NCBI RefSeq assembly: GCF_020073745.1 | Contig: NZ_JAIRAU010000047.1 | Location: forward strand, 349,990-413,989 | DNA: 64,000 bases | Direction of reading: 5' to 3' | Source of the DNA: Nannocystis pusilla | Lineage (GTDB): Bacteria; Myxococcota_A; Polyangia; Nannocystales; Nannocystaceae | Shown: positions 18,498 through 30,022 of the stretch, piece by piece | How positions within the stretch are numbered: the first letter of the stretch is position 1 | Layout: every line of letters begins with the position of its first letter | Program-made: the position numbers and the translations under genes | Notes under the pieces: model-generated | Database searches by the model: none | What the model was told of the DNA's origin: nothing | What the model saw: only the letters and a program-made list of their open reading frames with translations

Positions 18498-21119
18498 TCA
18501 GAAGCTGTTGCCGACGTTGAACTCGAACACCACCGGCTCGTCGCCGTAATAGAACTCGGTCGGAGGCAGACGGTCGAGCGGGAAGCCCCACTCGAACCGC
18601 AGCGGACCGATCGGCGACTGCCAGCGGAAGCCGAAGCCGATCGAGCGGCGCAGCGACTTGAGGAAGCCGGGCGCGCCGGGGCGCAGCAGCGTGCACGGGT
18701 CGCTCTTCGGCTGCTCGACCGGGTTCGCCTCGACGCAGTACAGCGGCTCGGTGTTGTAGGCGTTGCCGATGTCCATGAAGACCACGCCCTTGATGTTGGC
18801 GGGCGGGACCATCATGAACTCGAGCTCGAGGTTGAGCGCGGTGAGCAGGTTGCCGCCGATCGTGTACGGGATCAGCGTGGCCGTCGGGTCGGAGCTGCCG
18901 AGCACCTTGATCGCCGGGCCGAGGCTGCGCAGGCGGTAGCCGCGGATACCGCCGTCGCCGAAGATACCGCCGGGGAAGTAGCGCTCGAACACCGGCACGC
19001 CCTTGTCCTGCGGGCTGTGGATGAAGCCGACCTGCAGGCGGGTCTTGAACACCAGCCAGGCGCGGAACGCCTGCTTGCTGCGGATGATCGGGAAGTAGAA
19101 GCGGAAGTTCGCGTCGTAGCGGTTGAAGCGGTTCTGCGAGCCCCAGTACTTGTTGGCGAATTCGGCGCGGATCTCGTGCCGCATGCCCTCGGTCGGGAAC
19201 AGGTAGTTGTCGGTCGTGTCGTAGCGGAGGCTGGCCGTGATCGCCGAGGTGATGCCGTTGTTGAACAGGTTCGAGATCAGCGCCGAGCCGCTGTAGAGCG
19301 TCGAGTAGGCGCCGCCGCCGAACAGGCCGGCGCCGCCGATGCCGCCGACGCCGCCGAACGAGCCGAAGTTGCCGAAGCCGACCTTGATGTACTCGAACGA
19401 GTAGCCGGCGAAGAGGATCAGGTTGGGCACGCGCGGGATCGGGTAACCCCACGACAGGCGCACGCCGGTGCTCTCGCGCGAGAACCCGGGGAACACGTTG
19501 CGCGAGTTGAAGATGTTGAACGAGAAGTTCCAGCGCGAGTCGAGGAAGTAGCGCGTGATGTAGGCCAGGTTGAACAGGCGCCGCAGGCTCGACATCTGGG
19601 CCACGAGGGTCACCGTGGTGCCGCGGCCGAGGAAGTTGTCGTACTGGATCTGCGCCTGCAGCACGAAGTTCTCGATCGTGCTGAAGCCGGCGCCGACCTG
19701 GAACGTGCCGGTCAGGCGCTCGGTCACCTCGACGTTGAGGACGATCTTGTCCTCGGCGCTGCCCTTGCTGGTCGAGATCGTGACCTGGTTGAAGTAGCCG
19801 AGCCGCATCGCGTTGAACTCGGACTGCTCCTTGGCGCTCTCGGAGTAGAGGTCGCCCTCGCGCAGCGCCATCTCGCGGCGGATGACCTTGTCGGCGGTCT
19901 TGTCGTTGCCGCTGATGTTGATGCGCTCGATGTAGACGAGCGGGCCCTTGCCGACCTCGAGCGTCATGTAGAGCTTGAGGTTCTCGCGGTCCTGGCGGCC
20001 GTCGGGGATGACGTTGACGTAGGCGTGGCCGGCGTCCTTGTAGCGGCGCTCGATGTCCTGGATGATCGTCTGGATCTTCCCCATCGAGGCGACGTCGCCC
20101 TCCTTGATGACGGGGGTGATCGAGTCGGCCAGGATGTTCTCGTTGTAGAGCGCCTTCTCGCCGCGCCCGAGGACCTCCTTCGCGCGGATCTTGCCGACGC
20201 GGTACTGCGGCCCCTCGTCGACCGGGACGGTGACGTAGACGAACCGACGGTCGGGGCTGAGGCTCAGCTCCGGGTCCTTGACGTTGGCGTCGAGGTAGCC
20301 GTTGTCGGTGTAGAACTGCTTCAACATCTGGAAGTCGCCGGCGAACGCCTCCTTGTTGAAGACGCCGCCGGCCTTCTTCGTGACGACGCTGAGGTAGCCG
20401 CCGACGCGCGTGATCATGTGCTTGCGCAGCTCGTCGTCGGTGAACGCTTGGTTGCCGATGAAGGTGATCTTGCGGACGATCGTCTCGGCCGCCTCGCTGA
20501 TCACGATCTGGATGTCGACCTTGCCGATCTCGTCCTCGACCGGGCGCAGGCCGTAGGTGACCTCGGCCAGGAAGAAGCCCTTCTCGACGTAGAGCTGCTT
20601 GACCTTCTCGACGTTGGCCCGCACCGCGCCGACGTCGAGGATGGCGTTGAGCTTGAGGTCGAGCTGCTCGTTGATGTCGTCGAGCTTGATCTTGCTGTTG
20701 CCCTCGACGACGATCTTCCGGATCGTCGGCCGCTCCTTGACGATGTAGGTCAGGACGACGCCCGAGGGGGTCAGCTCGCCCTCGATGCGGATGTCGTCGA
20801 ACTTGCCGAGGCCCCACAGCCGCTTGATGTCGGTCGCCAGGTTGCGCGGGTTGACGACCGCGTCGATGTGGCTCTCGAGCTCGAGCATCATCGCCTCGCT
20901 CTCGACGCGACGGTTGCCCTCGAAGCGGATGTCGACGATCGGCTGACCGTACAGCTCCTGCGGCACGCCGGCGGCGGCGGAGCGGAAGAACATGTCCATG
21001 CCGATCTCGGCCATGCTCGGGCGGGCGCCGGCGACCTGTCCGAACAGACAGACCAGCGCGCAGGCCAGCGACGCCAGGGCGCGCACCAGCGGCGAGACGT
21101 CGCGGCGGGCGAGGGGCAC
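18498..21119 (-). CDS. bamA: outer membrane protein assembly factor BamA
   Basis: Five POTRA-like repeats followed by a C-terminal Omp85 beta-barrel ending …EFNVGNSF. Signal peptide VRALASLACALVCLFGQVAGA. The ORF runs to 21269 and overlaps lolD, so the start was set at an in-frame GTG near 21119. Confidence 0.9.
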   Translation of the reverse strand: MPLARRDVSPLVRALASLACALVCLFGQVAGARPSMAEIGMDMFFRSAAAGVPQELYGQPIVDIRFEGNRRVESEAMMLELESHIDAVVNPRNLATDIKRLWGLGKFDDIRIEGELTPSGVVLTYIVKERPTIRKIVVEGNSKIKLDDINEQLDLKLNAILDVGAVRANVEKVKQLYVEKGFFLAEVTYGLRPVEDEIGKVDIQIVISEAAETIVRKITFIGNQAFTDDELRKHMITRVGGYLSVVTKKAGGVFNKEAFAGDFQMLKQFYTDNGYLDANVKDPELSLSPDRRFVYVTVPVDEGPQYRVGKIRAKEVLGRGEKALYNENILADSITPVIKEGDVASMGKIQTIIQDIERRYKDAGHAYVNVIPDGRQDRENLKLYMTLEVGKGPLVYIERINISGNDKTADKVIRREMALREGDLYSESAKEQSEFNAMRLGYFNQVTISTSKGSAEDKIVLNVEVTERLTGTFQVGAGFSTIENFVLQAQIQYDNFLGRGTTVTLVAQMSSLRRLFNLAYITRYFLDSRWNFSFNIFNSRNVFPGFSRESTGVRLSWGYPIPRVPNLILFAGYSFEYIKVGFGNFGSFGGVGGIGGAGLFGGGAYSTLYSGSALISNLFNNGITSAITASLRYDTTDNYLFPTEGMRHEIRAEFANKYWGSQNRFNRYDANFRFYFPIIRSKQAFRAWLVFKTRLQVGFIHSPQDKGVPVFERYFPGGIFGDGGIRGYRLRSLGPAIKVLGSSDPTATLIPYTIGGNLLTALNLELEFMMVPPANIKGVVFMDIGNAYNTEPLYCVEANPVEQPKSDPCTLLRPGAPGFLKSLRRSIGFGFRWQSPIGPLRFEWGFPLDRLPPTEFYYGDEPVVFEFNVGNSF

Positions 21120-21163
21120 GGGGAGGACGACTCCGCGGGCGGAGCTGTGAGGACGACGCTCCG

Positions 21164-21967
<804 letters not shown>

Positions 21968-22028
21968 GGGGGCCGTTGCCGGCGCAACCCTAGACGCGCT
22001 GAAATCCCCTGTCAATGCGGCTTGCGGG

Positions 22029-23885
22029 TCACTCGCCGCGCCGCAGGCCGTCGACAGGACGCAGCGCCGCCGCGGCACGCGCGGGGAGCACGCTGGCCAG
22101 GCCCACGAGCACGAGCGCGGCGGCAGCGACGACCACGACCTCCCACGGATCGACGCGCAGCGGCAGCGCTTCGAGGGTGAACGCACTGCTGCGCAGGGGG
22201 ATGCCGTGCTCGCCGAACCACACGCACAGGGCCAGACCCGCGGCGATCCCACCGACACAACCGACGCCGCCGACGATTATTCCCTCGAGCGCGAAGATCC
22301 CGGCGATCAGGCGATCACGGGCCCCCATGGCCTTCAGGATGGCGATCTCGGCCGACCGCTCCATGACGCTCATCATGTTGGTGGCGAGGATCCCGAACGC
22401 AGCGACGAGGATCACGAACAGCAGCGCGACGAACATAGCGACCTTCTCGAGGAACATCGCCGAGAACAGACCGCGGTGGATCTGGCGCCAGTCCTCGACC
22501 ACGAGCTCCGGGCCGGCCACGGCGACGACGGCGGCCTTGGCGGCGGCGAGCGCCTCGGGATCGCCGAGGCGGACGGCGATCGAAGTGACCGCGCCCGGCG
22601 CCCGCAAGAACGCCTGGGCGTCGGTCAGCGGGACGTAGGCGAAGTCGCGATCGTCGTCGTAGACGCCGGTGGCGTAGACGCCGGCGACCCGGGCCTGCAG
22701 GACGCCGGGCACGAGCCCCGCGGGGGTCATGCGGCCTTCCGGGGTAATGAGCTGCACCGGGTCGCCGGCGCTGACGCTGAGCTCGGCCGCCAGCTCGATG
22801 CCCAGCAGCACCGGCACCGTCCGCGGCTCGTCCGCCGTCGGACTCTCGAGCTCGGCCGCCGGACTCTCGGGCTCGGCCGCCTCCGCGGGCCCTTCGGCCG
22901 GCGGCTCGTCCTCGACGATCACGGGCGGCCGGGCGGCGGGGATCTTGCCCTCGGCGCGCAGCCGCGGGATCTCCTGCTCCGGATCCTCCCAGCCGCCGCC
23001 GTCGTCCTCGTCGTCGGCGACCGGCGGCGGCGGCACCACCGGGGCGCGCGCGGGCGGGATGCTCCCCTCGGCGCGCAACCGCGGGATCTCCTGCTCCGGA
23101 TCCTCCCAGCCGCCGTCGTCCTCGCCGTCGTCGCCGGGCGGCGAATCGACATGGTCTTCCGGACCTGTCTCTTCGGCCCTGCCCGTGGAGACATTTGCTT
23201 CGCCGGGCTCGGGCTCGGGCTCGATCGCGTCGGGCAGCGTGGGGAACGGGCGCTGCGGCAGCAGCGACGGGTCGAGGAAGGCGGTGTAGTCGCCCTCGAC
23301 GACCTCGCCGGGCAGGCCCGAGGCGCGCGCGTGCAGGACGGGGTCGACGCCGACGAGGTTGACGCCGGCGCGGCCGAAGCCGCTGCGGATCATGATCGGG
23401 CCGGCGAGCTCGGGGCTGACGCCGACGACCTCGGGCACCGCCTCCACGCGAGCCACCAGCGGCTCGGGGGTCACGATCTCGGAGCCCGGCGGCGGCGAGA
23501 TCCGCAGGTGCGCGCGGTGGCCGAGCAGGCGCCGCTGCAGGTCGCCCTCGAGGCCGCCGAGCAGGCTCAGGACCAACACCAGCGCGGCGCAGCCCTGGGC
23601 CACCGAGTAGCCGGTGATCGCCACGAGGAGCGTGAAGCCGCGGATCGTCGCGGCGAAGCTGAGCACGAGCAGGCCGATGAACAGGCCGAAGCTGCCGAGC
23701 ACGTAAGCGAGCGTCGGCAGCGGCATCTCGTCGTCGATGACGGAGGCCGGCTGGCCGCGCGACCACAGCACCGCGGCCGCGCCGGCGATCACGAGGACGA
23801 GCGCGCAGGCGCCGAGCGGGCGAGCCCAGCGCGCCGGCCGGCGCGCCCGCAGGTGCCGCCAGGCGACCCGCAGCGACAGGCTCAT
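22029..23885 (-). CDS. LolC/E-family (FtsX/MacB-type) ABC permease with extra N-terminal TM helices and repeat-containing periplasmic insert
   Basis: N-terminal [15 protein letters not shown]… resembles the Lol permease start. C-terminal FtsX TM bundle (…[25 protein letters not shown]…). Periplasmic domain carries an acidic Pro-rich insert with tandem [19 protein letters not shown](S/K)IP.AR.P. Start ATG overlaps the upstream stop. Confidence 0.75.
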   Translation of the reverse strand: MSLSLRVAWRHLRARRPARWARPLGACALVLVIAGAAAVLWSRGQPASVIDDEMPLPTLAYVLGSFGLFIGLLVLSFAATIRGFTLLVAITGYSVAQGCAALVLVLSLLGGLEGDLQRRLLGHRAHLRISPPPGSEIVTPEPLVARVEAVPEVVGVSPELAGPIMIRSGFGRAGVNLVGVDPVLHARASGLPGEVVEGDYTAFLDPSLLPQRPFPTLPDAIEPEPEPGEANVSTGRAEETGPEDHVDSPPGDDGEDDGGWEDPEQEIPRLRAEGSIPPARAPVVPPPPVADDEDDGGGWEDPEQEIPRLRAEGKIPAARPPVIVEDEPPAEGPAEAAEPESPAAELESPTADEPRTVPVLLGIELAAELSVSAGDPVQLITPEGRMTPAGLVPGVLQARVAGVYATGVYDDDRDFAYVPLTDAQAFLRAPGAVTSIAVRLGDPEALAAAKAAVVAVAGPELVVEDWRQIHRGLFSAMFLEKVAMFVALLFVILVAAFGILATNMMSVMERSAEIAILKAMGARDRLIAGIFALEGIIVGGVGCVGGIAAGLALCVWFGEHGIPLRSSAFTLEALPLRVDPWEVVVVAAAALVLVGLASVLPARAAAALRPVDGLRRGE

Positions 23886-25936
23886 CGCTCCGCCTGCCGG
23901 AGGGCATCGACCGGACGCATGCGCGAGGCGATCCGCGCCGGGTAGAGGCTCGACAGCCAGACGATGACGAGCGACGACACGCCGACCAGGACGACCTCGA
24001 ACGCGTCGATGAAGACGGGCAGCTGCTCGAAGCTCTGCAGCGTGCCGCCGAGCGGCAGGCCGAAGCGGTCGAGGAGGCCGCACAGACCGATGCCGGTGGC
24101 GATGCCGAGGATCCCGCCGAGGATGCCGAGGCACAGGCCCTCGGAGATGAAGATCCGCTGGATGAGCGCGTCGGTGCAGCCCATCGTCTTGAGGATCGCG
24201 ATCTCCTTCGACTTCTCGAGCACGCTCATGAGGTTGGAGCCGAGGATCCCGAACGAGGCGACCAGGATCACGCACAGCAGCGCGACGAACACGGCGATCT
24301 TCTCGAGCGCCATCGCCGAGAACAGGCTGCGGTTCAGCTCCTGCCAGTCCTGGACGATGAGGTCGCTGCGCCCTGCGGCGTCGACCGCGTCCTGGACCGC
24401 CTGCTTGCGCACGTCGAGCTGCTCGATGTCGTCGACCTTGATCTCGAGGCCGGTGACGCGGTCGCCGGCGCGCAGGAACGCCTGGGCCACCGGCAGCGAG
24501 GCGTACACGAGCCAGCGGTCGTAGTCGTAGTGGTCGGCGTCGAACACCCCGGCGACGCGCACGGCCATGACGCCGGGGATCCGGCCGGCGGGGGTCATGC
24601 GCCCGATCGGGGTGATCAGCTGGACCTGGTCGCCGGTGCGGGCCGCCAGCTCCTTGGCCTTCTCGCTGCCGATCAAGAGGCCGTCGACCAGCGCGCCGCT
24701 CGAGCCCGGCTCCTCGGCGTCGACGTCGACCGCGGGCTCGGGCGGCGGCGGCGGCGTCTCCTCGCTCGACGTCGCCGCCGGCGGCAGCTTGCCGGACGCG
24801 CGCAGCTTGCCGATCTCGACCTCCGGGTCCTCCCAGCCCTCGTCCTCGTCACCGCCGGCGGCGACGCCGAACGGGCTGCGCGGGATCGTCGGGATCGCCG
24901 CGGCCGGCGAGGTCGGGACGGTGATCGGCTTGTCCTCGGCCGCCGGCTTGGCGGCAGGGATCACGCCCTTCTTGCGCAGCGCGGGGATCTCGACCTCGGG
25001 ATCCTCCCAGCCGCCGTCCGGGTCGTCGTCGACGGCCTGGCTCGGGGTGTCCTCGGGGACATGGTCTTCAGAACCTGTCGGAAAAGGCAGGCCCGTGGCG
25101 CCGCCGCCCTTGTCGTCGGGGGCCGCGTCCGGCTCGTCGCTCTTCGGCGGCTCGACCGGCGTGATGTCGAAGCCGAACTCCGACTCGGGGATCCGCTCGG
25201 GGTGCGAGAGGAACTCGTAGTCGCCCTCGCGCATGATCTCGGGCAGGTTCGACACGCCGCGGTGCAGCTCGGGGTCGATGCCGAGGAGGATCCCGCCCTG
25301 GCGCTGGAAGCCGCTGCGGACCATCACCTCGCCCTGCAGGTAGGGGCTGGCGCCGAGGATCCCGGGCTTGTCGGCGATCGCGTGGGCGAGGTCGCGGTAG
25401 TCGGCGAACGGGCGCCCGTCGGCCGCGCTGACGCGGATGTGCGCGCGCTGGCCGAGGATCTTGTCGCGCAGCTCGAGCTCGAGGCCGGTCATCAGGCTGA
25501 GCACGACGACCAGCGCCATGCAGCCGAGCATGACGCTGACGGTGATGACGGTGGCCAGCAGCGTGAACACCAGCGACAGCACGGCGCCGAGCAAGAGGCC
25601 CGCGCCGAGCAGCAGGGTGATCGCGCCGAGGACCCCGAAGTACGCCTGCGCCGGCGGCGGCAGGTGCAGCGTCGGGTCGAAGCCGAGGCCGACGAGGCTC
25701 GAGTCGAGCGCGACGCGCTCGGGCAGGCCGGGGTCGACCGGGGCGAAGCCGTAGAGGGCGTACAGCACGAAGCCGCCGCCGACGATCAGGAGATAGACGG
25801 CGAGGCCGACGGCCGGCCAGGCCCAGCTCGGCGGGCGATCGCCGGCCCGCAGGTGCCGCCACGCGATCTGCCAGTGGAGGCTCGGGGGAGCCTCCGCTCT
25901 CGGCGGCGCGGCGGGGCGGGCGGCGTTGCGACTCAC
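23882..25936 (-). CDS. LolC/E-family ABC permease paralog with similar repeat insert
   Basis: SLHWQIAWRHLRAGDRP… start region, FtsX C-terminal bundle, and insert repeats GGWEDPEVEIPALRKKGVIPAAKP / GWEDPEVEIGKLRASGKLPPAA. GTG start overlaps the prfB TGA (GTGA). Confidence 0.75.
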   Translation of the reverse strand: MSRNAARPAAPPRAEAPPSLHWQIAWRHLRAGDRPPSWAWPAVGLAVYLLIVGGGFVLYALYGFAPVDPGLPERVALDSSLVGLGFDPTLHLPPPAQAYFGVLGAITLLLGAGLLLGAVLSLVFTLLATVITVSVMLGCMALVVVLSLMTGLELELRDKILGQRAHIRVSAADGRPFADYRDLAHAIADKPGILGASPYLQGEVMVRSGFQRQGGILLGIDPELHRGVSNLPEIMREGDYEFLSHPERIPESEFGFDITPVEPPKSDEPDAAPDDKGGGATGLPFPTGSEDHVPEDTPSQAVDDDPDGGWEDPEVEIPALRKKGVIPAAKPAAEDKPITVPTSPAAAIPTIPRSPFGVAAGGDEDEGWEDPEVEIGKLRASGKLPPAATSSEETPPPPPEPAVDVDAEEPGSSGALVDGLLIGSEKAKELAARTGDQVQLITPIGRMTPAGRIPGVMAVRVAGVFDADHYDYDRWLVYASLPVAQAFLRAGDRVTGLEIKVDDIEQLDVRKQAVQDAVDAAGRSDLIVQDWQELNRSLFSAMALEKIAVFVALLCVILVASFGILGSNLMSVLEKSKEIAILKTMGCTDALIQRIFISEGLCLGILGGILGIATGIGLCGLLDRFGLPLGGTLQSFEQLPVFIDAFEVVLVGVSSLVIVWLSSLYPARIASRMRPVDALRQAER

Positions 25937-27082
25937 GACGGCGCTTCCGTGGACGACTGCGACTGTTGCAGGAGGTAAGCCTCGATGAACTCGTCGAGGT
26001 CGCCGTCGAGGACGGAGTGCACGGCCGAGCTCTTGAGCTCGGTGCGGTGGTCGTTGACCTGCTGGTACGGCTGCAGCACGTACGAGCGGATCTGGCTGCC
26101 CCACTCGATCTTCTTGCGCTCGCCCTGCAGGCTCTCGCGCTCGGCCTCGCGGCGCTGCTGCTCGAGGTCCCACAGCTTGGCCTTCAGCATGCGCATCGCC
26201 GTGGCCTTGTTCTTGTGCTGCGAGCGCTCGACCTGGCAGGCGACGACGATGCCGCTCGGCAAGTGGCGCAGGCGCACCGCCGAGTCGGTCTTGTTGACGT
26301 GCTGACCGCCGGCGCCGCTCGAGCGGAACGTGTCGACCTCGAGGTCGGCCTCGTTGATCTCGATGTCGAAGTCCTCGTCGCCGAGGTCGGGCAGCGCCAT
26401 GACGCTGGCGAAGCTGGTCTGACGGCGCGCGTTGGCGTCGAACGGCGAGATCCGGACCAGCCGGTGCACGCCGATCTCCGAGCGCAGGTAGCCGTAGGCG
26501 AACTCGCCGGTGATGGCCAGTTCGGCGCTGCGGATGCCGGCCTGCTCGGCGTCCTGGACGTCGAGCACCTCGACCTTGAAGCCGTGGCGCTCGGCCCAGC
26601 GCATGTACATGCGCATCAGCATCTGCGCCCAGTCCTGGCTGTCGACCCCGCCGGCGCCGGCGTTGATGCTGAGCAGCACGCCCTTCTCGTCGTGCTGCCC
26701 CGACAGCATGCGGCGGAACTCCATCTTGCCGACGCGCGCGTCGAGCGACTCGAGCGCCGACCAGGCGTCGCGGATGGTGGCGTCGTCGCCCTCCTCGCGC
26801 CCGAGCTCGTACAGCGTCTGCGCGTCGTCGTAGCGGGTCTTGGCCTCGTCGAGGTCGGCGACGACCTTCTTCAGCGTCGACTGCTCGCGCAGCACGTCCT
26901 GCGCGCGATCGGCGTTGGCCCAGAACGCCGGGTCGGCGGTCTGCGCGTCGAGCTCCTCCAACTTCTCACGCTTGCCGTCGTAGTCAAAGATGCCTCCGCA
27001 GCTCGTTCAGGCGGTGCGCCAGGCGGGCGAGCTGCTCGGTGACCTTGTTGTGCTCGGGGAGGATGCTCGTTGCGTCGTTCAT
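25933..27082 (-). CDS. prfB: peptide chain release factor 2 (programmed +1 frameshift)
   Basis: Downstream frame has the PCRF and RF-1 domains, including the GGQ motif (SGAGGQHVNKTDSAVR) and the SPF motif (RISPFDANARRQTSFASV). An upstream 32-codon frame (MNDATSILPEHNKVTEQLARLAHRLNELRRHL) ends at CTT TGA C preceded by GGAGG, the canonical RF2 autoregulatory frameshift site, near 26983-26989. Confidence 0.85.
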
Positions 27083-27098
27083 GATGCGGCACCAGTGC

Positions 27099-28487
27099 TC
27101 AGGCTTCGATCAGGCGGAGCTGACGGCGCCCGGGCGGAGGGATGAAACGGAGGGGGTAGCGGCCGGTGAAGCACGCGTCGCAGTAAGTTGTACCAGAATC
27201 GCCGCGCACCGCCTTCATCAGGCCCTCGGCCGTGAGGTACGCCAGCGAGTCGGCCGTGAGGTAGCGGGCGATCTCGTCGGGCGTGTGGCTCGCGGCGATC
27301 AGCTCGGAGCGCGTCGGGGTGTCGATCCCGTAGTAGCAAGGGCTGATGACCGGCGGCGACGAGATCCGCAGGTGCACCTCGCTCGCGCCGGCGGCCCGGA
27401 TCATCTTCACGATCTTGCGCGAGGTGGTGCCGCGCACCAGCGAGTCGTCGACCACCACCACCCGCTTGCCGCGCAAGACCTGCGGCACGGGGTTCAGCTT
27501 GAGCTTGACGCCGAAGTGGCGGATCGAGTCCTTGGGCTCGATGAAGGTGCGGCCGACGTAGTGGTTGCGGATGAGCCCCATCTCGAACGGGATCTTGCTG
27601 GCCTTGGCGAACCCGAGCGCCGCGACCACGCCGCTGTCGGGCACGGGCACGACCACGTCGGCCTCGACCGGGGCCTCGCGCGCCAGATGCTCGCCCATGG
27701 CGATGCGCGCCTCGTAGACCGCGAGGTCGTCGAGCACGCTGTCGGGGCGGGCGAAATAGACGTGCTCGAACACGCAGAAGCGGCGGTTGTCGCGGCGCAG
27801 CTGGACGCTGCGCAGGCCGCTGTGATCGATGACGAGGATCTCGCCGGGGGCGATGTCGCGGACCTTGTCGGCCTCGATCAGATCGAAAGCGCAGGTCTCG
27901 GACGCGACGACGTAGCACTCGGGGTGGTTGCGCAGGCGGCCGAGCACCAGCGGGCGGAAGCCGTGCGGGTCGCGGACGGCCAGCAGCTTGTCCTCGGTGA
28001 CGAGCACGAGGCTGTAGGCGCCCTGGACCCGGCCGAGCGCGTCGCACAGGCGCTCGACGAAGGTCGCCTCGCGGCTGCGCGCGAGCAGCTGCAAGATGAC
28101 CTCGGTGTCGCTCTGGCTCGAGAAGATGGCGCCGTCCTGCTCGAGCTCCTCGCGCAGCTGCTCGGCGTTGACGAGGTTGCCGTTGTGGGCCAAGGCGACC
28201 GAACCGTGGCGGTACTCGGCGGTGAGCGGCTGGATGTTCTTCGGCAGCGAGCCGCCCGAGGTGGTGTAGCGGACGTGCCCGACGGCGATGCGCCCGGGCA
28301 GCTGGGCGAAGGCGCCGTTGACGAACACGTCGGCGACGTGCCCCATCTTGCGCACCGCGTGCAGCGTGCCCTCCTGGCTGGTGACGATGCCCGCCGACTC
28401 CTGCCCGCGGTGTTGCAGCGCGTGCAGGCCCAGATAGGTGAGGTTCGCAGCCTCGGAGTGATTGAAGATGCCGAACACGCCGCACAT
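27099..28487 (-). CDS. purF: amidophosphoribosyltransferase
   Basis: N-terminal MCGVFGI (Cys1 Ntn glutamine amidotransferase), PRT-type motif [14 protein letters not shown], and full-length PurF similarity. Annotated ORF is longer; start at MCG. Confidence 0.9.
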   Translation of the reverse strand: MCGVFGIFNHSEAANLTYLGLHALQHRGQESAGIVTSQEGTLHAVRKMGHVADVFVNGAFAQLPGRIAVGHVRYTTSGGSLPKNIQPLTAEYRHGSVALAHNGNLVNAEQLREELEQDGAIFSSQSDTEVILQLLARSREATFVERLCDALGRVQGAYSLVLVTEDKLLAVRDPHGFRPLVLGRLRNHPECYVVASETCAFDLIEADKVRDIAPGEILVIDHSGLRSVQLRRDNRRFCVFEHVYFARPDSVLDDLAVYEARIAMGEHLAREAPVEADVVVPVPDSGVVAALGFAKASKIPFEMGLIRNHYVGRTFIEPKDSIRHFGVKLKLNPVPQVLRGKRVVVVDDSLVRGTTSRKIVKMIRAAGASEVHLRISSPPVISPCYYGIDTPTRSELIAASHTPDEIARYLTADSLAYLTAEGLMKAVRGDSGTTYCDACFTGRYPLRFIPPPGRRQLRLIEA

Positions 28488-28573
28488 GGCGCGCGAAGCG
28501 TAGCAGCACGCAACCAGCGAGGCCGGGCGCCGGCGCCGCCGAAGCCGTGAGCCGACGCGCGGACAGCTGCTCG

Positions 28574-28939
28574 CTAACCGGCGACCGCGCGCGTGACCAA
28601 CATCTGCAGCAACGTCAGGCCGATCGCCGCCCACAGCGCCGTGCGCCAGCCGACGAAGCGGACGCCGTCGACCAGGTTCTCGGTGATGACGAGCAAGATC
28701 GTGTTGACGAAGGCCTGGACCAAAAAGGCGCCCAGCGGGCCGCTTATCAGGATCGGGAAGAAGAACACCAGCGACAGCAGGAAGAACAGCACCTTGCCGA
28801 GCACGGCGCTGAGGAGCCCGCAGATCACGGCGGCTTTGAAGGCGCTCCACAGGTCACGCACCATCATCCCCGGCAGGAGCGCCGAGCAGACGATCAGGCC
28901 GAAGGTGAACGCGAGGCAGGAAGCGACGAGCGACGTCAT
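28574..28939 (-). CDS. small 4-TM membrane protein, phage-holin-4 (DUF360)-like
   Basis: 121 aa, four predicted TM helices ([24 protein letters not shown]…[28 protein letters not shown]…). It is the C-terminal part of a longer Arg-rich ORF, so the start is set at the first Met before TM1. Confidence 0.5.
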   Translation of the reverse strand: MTSLVASCLAFTFGLIVCSALLPGMMVRDLWSAFKAAVICGLLSAVLGKVLFFLLSLVFFFPILISGPLGAFLVQAFVNTILLVITENLVDGVRFVGWRTALWAAIGLTLLQMLVTRAVAG

Positions 28940-28986
28940 CGCCGCCAGCGTGAACCGCCCGCCTCCGGTTTGCAAGGCTCGCCGCT

Positions 28987-29979
28987 TCAGCGCGACGACA
29001 GGCCGAGGTTCCGCCGCAGGCGCGCGACCGGCGGTTCGACGTCCGGCTCGAAGGTCCGCCCGGTGATGAGCTCGTGGACCTCGATGTAGCGCCGCGCCGC
29101 CTCCGCGCGGATCTCGTCGGGCAACACCGGCGGCGGGCCCTCGCCGCGGAAGCCCTGCGAGACCAGCCAGCGCCGCAGGTACTCCTTGTCGAGGCTGCGC
29201 GGATCCTCGCCGCGGGCCATCGCCTGCGGGTAGCTGTCGGCGTACCAGTAGCGCGAGCTGTCGGGGGTGTGGATCTCGTCGATGAGCACGATCTCGCCGT
29301 CGGGTCGGACGCCGAGCTCGTACTTGGTGTCGACGAGGATGAGCCCGCGCTCGGCGGCGATCTTCTGCCCGGCGGCGAACAGCGCCAGGCAGCGGCGCTC
29401 GAGCACGTCGTAGCGCTCGCGGTCGATGAGGCCGCGCTCGACCAGCCAGTCGCGGCTGACGCTGATGTCGTGCTGACCCTTGGGCGCCTTGGTCGAGGGC
29501 GTCAGCAGGCTCTCCGGCAGCTTGTCGTGGCGGCGCAGGCCGTCGGGCAAGGCGTGGCCGCAGAAGGTCCGCTCGCCGCGCTCGTAGGCGCGGGCGATGC
29601 TGGTGTCGCTGACGCCGGTGAGGTAACCGCGGACCACGAACTCGACCGGGATCGGCGTGCACTCGACCGCCCGCATGGCCTGAGGGTCAGGTACGCCGAG
29701 CATGTGATTGGGGAAGATCGCGGCGGTGGCGTCGAACCAGAAGCGCGCGAGGCCGTTGAGCACCTGGCCCTTGAACGGGATGGTGCCGAGCACGACGTCG
29801 AAGGCGCTGACGCGGTCGGTGACGAGGATCAGGCGCTCGCCGCCGCGCGTGAAGTTCTCGCGGACCTTGCCGCTGTAGCGCGCGCCGAGGACGTCGAACT
29901 CGTCCGGCAGCGCGTCGAGGGTGCCGCCCGGCGCCAGCGCGCGCCGCATCTCGGGGGACGTGGAGTCGGTGACCGCCAT
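28987..29979 (-). CDS. purC: phosphoribosylaminoimidazole-succinocarboxamide synthase (SAICAR synthetase)
   Basis: YSGKVRE…, [20 protein letters not shown] motifs. Long-form PurC (330 aa). Confidence 0.9.
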   Translation of the reverse strand: MAVTDSTSPEMRRALAPGGTLDALPDEFDVLGARYSGKVRENFTRGGERLILVTDRVSAFDVVLGTIPFKGQVLNGLARFWFDATAAIFPNHMLGVPDPQAMRAVECTPIPVEFVVRGYLTGVSDTSIARAYERGERTFCGHALPDGLRRHDKLPESLLTPSTKAPKGQHDISVSRDWLVERGLIDRERYDVLERRCLALFAAGQKIAAERGLILVDTKYELGVRPDGEIVLIDEIHTPDSSRYWYADSYPQAMARGEDPRSLDKEYLRRWLVSQGFRGEGPPPVLPDEIRAEAARRYIEVHELITGRTFEPDVEPPVARLRRNLGLSSR

Positions 29980-30022
29980 GCGGCGCGGACCATACCCGGA
30001 CCACGCCGCGCGGGGGGCGCGC

